A DNA stretch of 64,000 bases from Candidatus Avilachnospira sp. GTDB lineage: Bacteria; Bacillota; Clostridia; Oscillospirales; Oscillospiraceae. Of this stretch, positions 57,090 to 64,000 are shown in pieces. Both the position numbers and the translations under genes were made by a program. The notes beneath the pieces are model-generated. The model made no database searches. It was not told the DNA's origin and saw only the letters and a program-made list of their open reading frames with translations. Each line of letters begins with the position of its first letter. Position 1 is the stretch's first letter. The DNA lies in contig JAZNFJ010000083.1 of NCBI GenBank assembly GCA_045589035.1, positions 6,551 through 70,550 on the forward strand. The letters are read 5' to 3'.

Positions 57090-57118
57090 ATTATACCAAT
57101 TATCTATTGCATTTGCAA
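57090..57118 (-). promoter_or_regulatory. Putative sigma-A promoter of the Dlt-like operon
   Basis: Minus strand: TTGCAA (57118-57113), 17-nt spacer, TATAAT (57095-57090). About 40 nt upstream of the lipoprotein ATG. Confidence 0.5.
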
Positions 57119-57126
57119 GCCTTTAC

Positions 57127-57160
57127 AAAAAAACGCAGGAGATCAAATCTCCTGCGTTTT
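57127..57160 (-). terminator. Intrinsic terminator after the LtaS-family gene
   Basis: ACGCAGGAGAT caa ATCTCCTGCGT, followed by TTTTTTT on the minus strand. Confidence 0.8.
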
Positions 57161-57166
57161 GATAGA

Positions 57167-59716
57167 TTAACCAAGGGGGTCCGGTGGTGGAATCCAAGGA
57201 ACTTCCTCTTCAACCTCAACTTCCGGTTCAGGCGCAGGTTCGGGTTCCGGCTGCGGCTGGGGTGTCCAGACAGGCTTTGGAGGTTCAGGTGCAAAGGTCA
57301 GAGGATCCAGAGCATCCCGATCCATCAGCATGGCAACCAACCATGCGGCAGCACCACGGGACAATGTATTCCGTTTACCGGTATATCCATCCTCTTTCTG
57401 TTTCTTCAAAGCATCATTGACAGCAGATTCGATCCACTCTTCCTCACAAGCGCGGGTCAGAATGGTCTTCGCTTCTTCCACCGTGATATGATCCATCGGA
57501 CGGAACTTGGTGTTCTTTGCAATCAAGCCAGCCTCGATTGCTGCGTTGAGAATGTCATGATACCAGATGTCCTCATCTACATCCTCGAAGATATGACTGC
57601 CGCCGCTTCCTATCAAACCCTTGGCTCTGGTGACCATCGCAACAAAGTCTGCACGGGTGGCAGGATGCTTACCATTGAACAGACCGGAGGAAACACCACT
57701 GAGTGCACCGTAAGACGTCAGAAGCTCCACAGCCTGCTCATACCATGTACCCGGAATGTCCGCATAGCTGGCAACCGTTTCCAGTTCCTCACGGCCATGT
57801 GACAACGCAAGAGATTGGAAAGCGAAGTCGTAGTAGTCTGTATCCAGTATCGCGGCAGATACTGCAAATTGATCCGAGGCATACTGCAGCAGCTTTTCAG
57901 CCAGAGCGGGATCTTCCTCCCCTGTCCATGTAAACCGGTCAGTATTGGCATCATAGACCACTTCCTCAGTCAGGAAACTTCCATCTTTCAGCAGAGCCAT
58001 GTGAGTCGTATCTGCCAGCACATCCCGACCGGTCAAGAGTCTGGAATCATACGCAAAACCCATCAGGTTTAAAATCGTCGGCAGGATATCCATGGTGCAG
58101 CAGTAATCATCAACGATGATGGGCTCATCCAGACTGCCTGTCCAACAAAGGAAGCTGTTCTTATACTGCCAGAACGGCTTTTTAATCTCCTCATCTCCAG
58201 CCAGTTCTTTGTAAGCAGCCTCCGGAAGACCGTATGGCAGATGGTCCCCTGTCAGAACAACAAGCGTACGATCAGCAAGTCCCTCTTTTTCAAGACGCTC
58301 CAACAGATGTGCCATGGCCTGTTCCAGTTCAAACTGGCAGGCTATGTAAGCCTTAACCGTTTTGGAATAGGGCAGCTTCTCCACCAAAGACTTATTCTTT
58401 GCAGACATATCATTGGTTTCAAAGTCATAATCTGAATGACCGGAATAGGTCATATAATAGGCATGAAATGGCTCATTTGTCAGATAATCATCCATGGTCT
58501 CTTCGATCATTTCCAGATCAGAAGTGGGGGTACCCGGCTCCATCTCCAAGCCAAAATCCACAGCACGGAAATCATAACCCATATTGCTGTGAGTGTTAAC
58601 GCGGTTGTAGAAAGTACCCGTGTTGTTGTGATAAGCCAAAGCTACCATGCCATTATCAGAACAAATATTGCCCAGAGCATAGGGCAAGTAGTTCTCAGTA
58701 GAGACCGCGAAACTCATACGGCTCAGATCCGGCATCAAGCCCATGCACAGGCTGTATTCGCCGTTTGTGGTCAAATTCGGAAAACTGTTGTAGAAGTTAT
58801 TAAAAACAATCCCCTCATTGGACATCCGGTAAAGGGTTGGTGTCAGCTGTGGATCAATCAGATAGTTAGAAAATGCCTCTGCACAGACCACGATCAGATT
58901 GTAGCCCTCAAACATCCCAGTATACGAATTCTTTGCGGTCGGAGACAGGGATGCAAAATAACGGTTCAGGTTATCCAATGCAGGATCATCCGTTTTGCTG
59001 TTCAGCACATCGAAATCCATTTCCGGAAGAATATTCCACCAGTCCGGATCGTCAATGTGCAGTTCATCGCCACTGCCAAGGACAGCAACAGCCCCTCCTC
59101 CCTGCCGTTTCAAATCCAAAACTTCAGAAGTGATAAAGCCAAAATGCTCCGCCCATCGATCAATTGTTGTTGCAGGATTTCGCAGCAAAGCAGCTGGCTG
59201 ATTAGGCGCACTGCCGTAGGCCGGCAAACACATCATCACACCAAAGAAAATGTACATAGCAGAAACGAGCAACGCAATAAGTATCTTCCAATGATACTCT
59301 CCTCGGGGCAAAATGCGTTTATACCGAAGGATGTAAAACAGAATCAAAGGAACAAAAATCAGCAGCAGCTGAGGCAGCCTGCGCCACATTGCGGCGAACA
59401 TAATATTTGAGAATGTTGCAACCGCATCTCCACCGGCAGACACAAAAGCCAACGATAAGAATGAACCAAAGATTTCATAATAGACCAGCTGCACTGCATA
59501 TACCAATGCTAAAACCGACGGAACAATCCAACCAAAGATGCGTCCGGCCCACCCGGGCAAATGCACCAAAACGGTCAGAACCGCAGCATACGCCAGCGTG
59601 AAGCCCAAACCGGGCAAAAATCGAACGATGTCGGAACAAGCAGTCCAATACAAATTCAATTCCCAGATCAGAAGAACCGCAAACCAATACAGCGGGACAA
59701 AAAATGATCGTTTCAA
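57167..59716 (-). CDS. LTA synthase (LtaS) family sulfatase-like transferase with C-terminal SLH domains and a Pro/Glu-rich tail
   Basis: Five N-terminal TM segments. Sulfatase-fold core (NLIVVCAEAFS, NLTTNGEY, TYSGHSDY, VLTGDHLPYG). Last ~200 aa carry SLH-like repeats (YADIPGTWYEQAVELLTSYGALSG..., FEDVDEDIWYHDILNAAIEAGLI...). Tail is PQPQPEPEPAPEPEVEVEEE. TTG start 8 nt after GGGAGG. Confidence 0.82.
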   Translation of the reverse strand: MKRSFFVPLYWFAVLLIWELNLYWTACSDIVRFLPGLGFTLAYAAVLTVLVHLPGWAGRIFGWIVPSVLALVYAVQLVYYEIFGSFLSLAFVSAGGDAVATFSNIMFAAMWRRLPQLLLIFVPLILFYILRYKRILPRGEYHWKILIALLVSAMYIFFGVMMCLPAYGSAPNQPAALLRNPATTIDRWAEHFGFITSEVLDLKRQGGGAVAVLGSGDELHIDDPDWWNILPEMDFDVLNSKTDDPALDNLNRYFASLSPTAKNSYTGMFEGYNLIVVCAEAFSNYLIDPQLTPTLYRMSNEGIVFNNFYNSFPNLTTNGEYSLCMGLMPDLSRMSFAVSTENYLPYALGNICSDNGMVALAYHNNTGTFYNRVNTHSNMGYDFRAVDFGLEMEPGTPTSDLEMIEETMDDYLTNEPFHAYYMTYSGHSDYDFETNDMSAKNKSLVEKLPYSKTVKAYIACQFELEQAMAHLLERLEKEGLADRTLVVLTGDHLPYGLPEAAYKELAGDEEIKKPFWQYKNSFLCWTGSLDEPIIVDDYCCTMDILPTILNLMGFAYDSRLLTGRDVLADTTHMALLKDGSFLTEEVVYDANTDRFTWTGEEDPALAEKLLQYASDQFAVSAAILDTDYYDFAFQSLALSHGREELETVASYADIPGTWYEQAVELLTSYGALSGVSSGLFNGKHPATRADFVAMVTRAKGLIGSGGSHIFEDVDEDIWYHDILNAAIEAGLIAKNTKFRPMDHITVEEAKTILTRACEEEWIESAVNDALKKQKEDGYTGKRNTLSRGAAAWLVAMLMDRDALDPLTFAPEPPKPVWTPQPQPEPEPAPEPEVEVEEEVPWIPPPDPLG

Positions 59717-59815
59717 AGAAACAACCTCCCAAATGGAGTAAAAAATCCATAGTACGACACAATATCTTGTTATCCAACATTATCATATCATCTTTTCTGA
59801 AAAATACAAGATGTA

Positions 59816-59849
59816 AAATGCGGCATCCGCGAAAACGGATGCCGCATTT
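59816..59849 (-). terminator. Intrinsic terminator after the HAD gene
   Basis: AAATGCGGCATCCG cgaaaa CGGATGCCGCATTT. Confidence 0.75.
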
Positions 59850-59857
59850 AAATTGTG

Positions 59858-60520
59858 TTACAATCCCAAATGGGATTCCAGCTCTTCAAAACTGTCACTG
59901 AGGAAATCAGCACCGGCTGCAAGAAGCTGCTCCCGGCTGCGATAACCCCATGTGACACCGGCTGCCACAAAGCCCATTTTGGATGCAAATTCCATATCTG
60001 TATCTCCATCACCGACGAAGAGAATCTCTTCTGGCTTCAGACCGAGCGTTTCACAGGCCAGATATCCAGCCTCCAATGCCGGTTTCAAGGGACGCTGACC
60101 GTTATTGCCCCAAATAAATTTCCAATCGTAACCAGAAAAATAGTGGGACATGATTTTATTGCTGGTTTTCTCCGTTTTATTAGAGATCACAGCCAATGCC
60201 ATGCCCTTCCCTGTCAGCTTATCCAAAAAATGCTGTACACCGGGGAAATAGGATGTGTGAACGCAGCAATTTTCCGGATAATAACCCTGATACACACTGT
60301 TGACCTTAACCACTTCTTCGTCCGTCACACCTTCCGGCATGGCAGAACGCAGCAGATTCTTTACGCCGTGACCAACTTTTGCACGGTACTTCTCAATCGG
60401 ATACTCCGGATAGCCAAATTGGCACAGGGCGAAATTCGCACCTGTGCCAATATCGGCTATGGTATCCAAAAGAGTGCCGTCCAGATCAAAGATCACGGCT
60501 TTGATCTTTTGGAAATCCAT
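59858..60520 (-). CDS. HAD-IA family hydrolase (phosphoglycolate phosphatase-like)
   Basis: MDFQKIKAVIFDLDGTLLDT (DxDGT)..., ISNK, GDGDTD. Confidence 0.88.
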   Translation of the reverse strand: MDFQKIKAVIFDLDGTLLDTIADIGTGANFALCQFGYPEYPIEKYRAKVGHGVKNLLRSAMPEGVTDEEVVKVNSVYQGYYPENCCVHTSYFPGVQHFLDKLTGKGMALAVISNKTEKTSNKIMSHYFSGYDWKFIWGNNGQRPLKPALEAGYLACETLGLKPEEILFVGDGDTDMEFASKMGFVAAGVTWGYRSREQLLAAGADFLSDSFEELESHLGL

Positions 60521-60526
60521 CAGAGA

Positions 60527-63001
60527 TTACACACCAGCCTTTGCGGTACGGATGATCTCAGCCTCGGAAGCAGTATACTTGGTGACATAGCCTTCCAGAG
60601 GAACGATACGGGTGGAAACGGCATCGACGATCCAGGAAGCCTGGGGGAAGAAGTACTCGTCGAACTCGAAGGGAGGCGTGATCCAGTTCTTGGCGCCAAC
60701 CACGACGGGAGGAGCATCCAGATAGTCGAAGCACAGGGTGGTGATGTTCTGTGCGATATCGTTCAGGAAGCTGCCGCGAGCGCAGGCATCGGATGCCAGC
60801 AGGACACGACCGGTCTTCTTGACGGACTCGATGATCTCGGTGTAATCCAGAGGAACCAGAGAAGGCAGATTGATCAGATCAGCTTCCATGCCGTACTTCT
60901 CGGACAGTTCCTTAGCAGCATCAACAGCACGGTACAGAGTAGCACCGATGGTCAGGATGGTCAGATCCTTACCGTCGCGAACCTTGTTGACAGCGCCGGG
61001 AGCCCACTCGTACTCTTCGGCAGGCACGCCTTCCTTGCGGAACTCTTCGCCCTTGTCGTAGATTCTCTGGGATTCCAGAATGATGCAGGGATCGGTGCCG
61101 TTCAGAGCAGCCTGCATGATACCCTTTGCTTCGTAGGGAGTTGCGGGGAAGTAAACCTTCAGGCCGGGAATATGAGCAACCAGAGCTGCCCAGTCCTGAG
61201 AGTGCTGTGCACCATACTTCGCACCGACAGACATACGCAGAATCATGGGCATCTTCAGGATGCCAGCGGACATGGACTGCCACTTGGACATCTGGTTGAA
61301 GACTTCGTCGCCTGCACGGCCCAGGAAGTCCATGTACATCAGCTCAACCACAGCACGGCCGCCGCACATGCAGTAACCAACAGCGGTACCAACAATGGCT
61401 GCCTCGGAGATGGGAGAGTTGAACAGACGGCTGTAAGGAATGACATCAGTCAGACCACGGTAGACAGCGAATGCACCGCCCCAGTCACGGACATCTTCGC
61501 CGTAAGAGACCAGAGTGGGATCTTCGTAGTACTTGTTGAACAGAGGCTCGAAGATAGCATCGCGGATGTTGTACAGCTTCATCTTGGAGACGGGCTTGCC
61601 GCTGGCATCGAATGCGAAACGCTCTTTCTTGGCCAGATCGGTGTAGCGCTTGCAGTCTTCCTTAGGACCGGTGGTACGAGCTTCCACACCGGGCTCCATG
61701 GAGCGGACGGTCTCGTTGGAGAACATCAGCTTTTCGACATAGTCAGGCTGTGCGTCGAAATCAACATAGGGGCTGATCTCCACGTCGGAAGCAGCGCGGC
61801 AGATCATGGTCATACGCTCGGAAGTTTCCTTCAGAATTTCTTCGAACTTGCTGTCGGGGGCGACACCGGCATCCACCAGAGCCTTGCGGTAGGTGATGAT
61901 GGGATCGTACTCACGCCATGCTTCGATTTCTTCCTTGGTACGGTATGCGTTCTGGTCGGAAGTGGAGTGGCCCAGCAGACGGTAGGTCACGACGTCCAGC
62001 AGGACGGGGCCTTCGCCCTTCTCCAGGATTTCCTTCTTGCGACGGTATGCATCGATAACAGCCAGAGGATTCCAGCCGTCGATACGCTCAGCATGCATCT
62101 GGCTGGGAGTAATACCAGCGCCGATACGAGCCAGCATGTCATAAGCCATGGTTTCGCCACGGGTCTGACCGCCCATGCCATAGGAGTTATTGAACACGTT
62201 GAAGATGACAGGCAGACCACCCTTGCGGCCTTCTTCCCACAGGGTGCGCATCTGATCCATAGCGGAGAAGTTGAATGCTTCCCAGACAGGACCGCAGCCC
62301 AGGGATGCGTCGCCGATGTTACAAACGACCATGCCCTTCTTATCATTGTTCTTCTTATACAGAGCTGCACCTGCAGCGATAGTGCCGGAACCGCCAACCA
62401 GAGCGTTGTTGGGGTAAACACCGAAAGGCAGGAAGAATGCGTGCATGGAGCCGCCCATACCATGATGGAAGCCGTTCTCACGGGCAAAGATTTCAGCCAG
62501 TGCGCCGTACAGAACGAAACGGATAGCCAGTTCCTTCACATTGTCGGTCTTGCCGAACTTCTCAACAGCGCGCAGAGTCTTGCCGCCCAGGAAGTTTTCC
62601 ATGACGTCCATCAGTTCAGCATCGGACATCTTCTCGATGCAGCTCAGGGACTTAGCCAGGATTTCGGAGTGAGAACGGTGAGAACCGAAGATGATATCAT
62701 CCTTGTCCATCAGATAAGCTTCGCCAACGCAGGAAGCTTCCTGACCCAGGGACAGGTGAGCAGGACCGGGATAGGTGGTGTCGATACCATTGTAGCTGGC
62801 CTGGGTCTTGATCAGGTTCAGCATGTATTCGAACTCACGCAGGATGGTGATGTCGCGATAGATGCGGATCAGGTCTTCATCAGAGTAGTTCTTGCGCTCT
62901 TCCTCGATGGTCTTGTTGTAAGCACAAACGGGGATGTCTTCAAAGTGGATCGCGCCGGCAGCACGGGTTTCTACGGGATCCACATACAGGGACTTAGGCA
63001 T
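60527..63001 (-). CDS. 2-oxoacid dehydrogenase E1 component, fused alpha/beta subunits (TPP-dependent)
   Basis: 824 aa. The N-half is E1-alpha-like (GSHRSH, GDASLGCGPVWEAFN..., LLGHSTSD phosphorylation-loop-like). The C-half is E1-beta/transketolase-like (FNSPISEAAIVGTAVG...). Confidence 0.88.
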   Translation of the reverse strand: MPKSLYVDPVETRAAGAIHFEDIPVCAYNKTIEEERKNYSDEDLIRIYRDITILREFEYMLNLIKTQASYNGIDTTYPGPAHLSLGQEASCVGEAYLMDKDDIIFGSHRSHSEILAKSLSCIEKMSDAELMDVMENFLGGKTLRAVEKFGKTDNVKELAIRFVLYGALAEIFARENGFHHGMGGSMHAFFLPFGVYPNNALVGGSGTIAAGAALYKKNNDKKGMVVCNIGDASLGCGPVWEAFNFSAMDQMRTLWEEGRKGGLPVIFNVFNNSYGMGGQTRGETMAYDMLARIGAGITPSQMHAERIDGWNPLAVIDAYRRKKEILEKGEGPVLLDVVTYRLLGHSTSDQNAYRTKEEIEAWREYDPIITYRKALVDAGVAPDSKFEEILKETSERMTMICRAASDVEISPYVDFDAQPDYVEKLMFSNETVRSMEPGVEARTTGPKEDCKRYTDLAKKERFAFDASGKPVSKMKLYNIRDAIFEPLFNKYYEDPTLVSYGEDVRDWGGAFAVYRGLTDVIPYSRLFNSPISEAAIVGTAVGYCMCGGRAVVELMYMDFLGRAGDEVFNQMSKWQSMSAGILKMPMILRMSVGAKYGAQHSQDWAALVAHIPGLKVYFPATPYEAKGIMQAALNGTDPCIILESQRIYDKGEEFRKEGVPAEEYEWAPGAVNKVRDGKDLTILTIGATLYRAVDAAKELSEKYGMEADLINLPSLVPLDYTEIIESVKKTGRVLLASDACARGSFLNDIAQNITTLCFDYLDAPPVVVGAKNWITPPFEFDEYFFPQASWIVDAVSTRIVPLEGYVTKYTASEAEIIRTAKAGV

Positions 63002-63038
63002 AGTGTTTGACTTCCTTTCTTTATGTTGATTTAATTTT

Positions 63039-64000
63039 TTAGATCATAAAAAGGCCTTCACGAATGACCTCACAAACAGAGGGATGCGGGAACACCAGCT
63101 TCTTCAGCTGGCTCAGGGGCAGCTCGGTCTCCAGCATGAGGGCAGCGCCATAGATGATTTCAGAAGCATAGCTGCCGATCATCTGAACACCAACCAGACA
63201 GTTGCGGTCCAGATCATAGACCAGCTTGCAGAAACCGTCACCACGCAGGTTTTCTGCCACATAGCGACCGGAAACCATCATGGGAGTCTTGACGACCTTG
63301 ACGTTCATGCCCTTCTTTTCAGCAGATTCCTTGGTCTCGCCTATTGCAGCCACTTCGGGAGTGGTGTAGATAACAGAAGGAATCGCCTCATAGCGCATTT
63401 CGTCTTTAATGCCCAGCATGTGATTGACAGCAACTTCAGCTTCACGGTAGGCAGTGTGCGCCAGCATCAGCTTGCCGTTGCAGTCACCCACAGCATAGAC
63501 GCCGGGAACGTTGGTGCACATGTGACGGTCAGTCACAACTGCGCCACGCTCGGTCTGCACACCCAGAACCTCCAGGTTCAGACCCTGCACATTGGCACGA
63601 CGGCCGGCAGACAGGAGCACCTTATCGCAAGCCAGTGTGTGAACACCCTGTGCATCTTCATAAGTGACAGAGTCCTTGCCGACTTCCAGAACCTTGGCCG
63701 AGAGTTTAAACTCCATACCTTCCTTCTGGTAGGTCTTCATCAGGCTGTCGCAGATCTCCTGATCCGTAGGACCGGCGATCTTGGGCATCATTTCCACAAC
63801 AGTGACCTTGACACCAACAGTTGCGAAATAACAGGCCATTTCCAGACCGATGACACCGCCGCCCATGCAGACGATGGACTTGGGCAGTTCCTTCAGGTCC
63901 AGAATTTCACGGTTGGTGGCCACAAAACCGGCTTCCAGACCTTCCTTCAGACCGGGAACAGGAGGCACAGCTGCCACAGAACCGGTAGCAATAACCAGAC
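63039..64000 (-). CDS. lpdA: Dihydrolipoyl dehydrogenase (E3), C-terminal part; 5' end beyond the window
   Basis: NAD-binding GGGVIGLEMA, ...VYAVGDC..., LAHTA, and C-terminal HPS..E dimerisation motif (FPHPSVCEVIRE). The reading frame stays open to nt 64000. Confidence 0.9.
   Translation of the reverse strand, partial: LVIATGSVAAVPPVPGLKEGLEAGFVATNREILDLKELPKSIVCMGGGVIGLEMACYFATVGVKVTVVEMMPKIAGPTDQEICDSLMKTYQKEGMEFKLSAKVLEVGKDSVTYEDAQGVHTLACDKVLLSAGRRANVQGLNLEVLGVQTERGAVVTDRHMCTNVPGVYAVGDCNGKLMLAHTAYREAEVAVNHMLGIKDEMRYEAIPSVIYTTPEVAAIGETKESAEKKGMNVKVVKTPMMVSGRYVAENLRGDGFCKLVYDLDRNCLVGVQMIGSYASEIIYGAALMLETELPLSQLKKLVFPHPSVCEVIREGLFMI

Noticed and set aside
59855-63010. 1051-aa ORF on the plus strand spanning the HAD and E1 genes
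   Set aside because: It is antisense to two minus-strand genes with unmistakable family motifs. Its product is low-complexity (G/V/A/Q/D-rich), has no RBS and crosses an intergenic gap. This is the typical shadow frame of strongly codon-biased GC3-rich genes.

Overview
Chromosomal window from a Clostridia-type Firmicute, probably endospore-forming: it has a complete spoIIIAA-AH operon, a type-A RNase P RNA and mid-range GC by eye. No finer taxonomy can be verified here. Most of it is core genome: murD (partial), rnpB, a nine-gene hisZGDCBHAF-IE operon, ruvCAB, a split chrA pair, nrdR, feoAB, queA-tgt-yajC, asd, addAB, rpe and tRNA-Leu(CAG). A long minus-strand array runs spoIIIAA-AH, asp23, nusB, M22-family, xseAB, OLE RNA, oapA, dxs, tlyA, nadK, argR, recN, tyrS. 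Two regions stand out. (1) 29.5-30.8 kb is a ~630-nt GC-rich non-coding gap in the classic xseB / oapA-dxs-tlyA-nadK-argR-recN synteny, which I call OLE RNA plus OapA. Here it has its own promoter, an upstream terminator and no ispA. (2) 48.1-59.7 kb is the best candidate for an undescribed system. It is a tight eight-gene Dlt-like operon in non-canonical order: a 1003-aa FG-GAP lipoprotein, two tandem DltA-family adenylating enzymes, a GNAT, DltC, the MBOAT DltB, a short SGNH DltD-like protein, and a 47-aa DltX-like micro-ORF absent from the ORF track. Immediately upstream is an LtaS-family enzyme with C-terminal SLH domains. Smaller items: a terminator-containing leader upstream of rpe, a ~235-nt leader on a zinc-ribbon gene, divergent YbaK paralogs, tyrS without a T-box, and a fused E1 alpha/beta 2-oxoacid dehydrogenase with lpd. 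I saw no CRISPR array, transposase, integrase or prophage signature. All calls come from reading the translations and sequence by eye; no database search was run.
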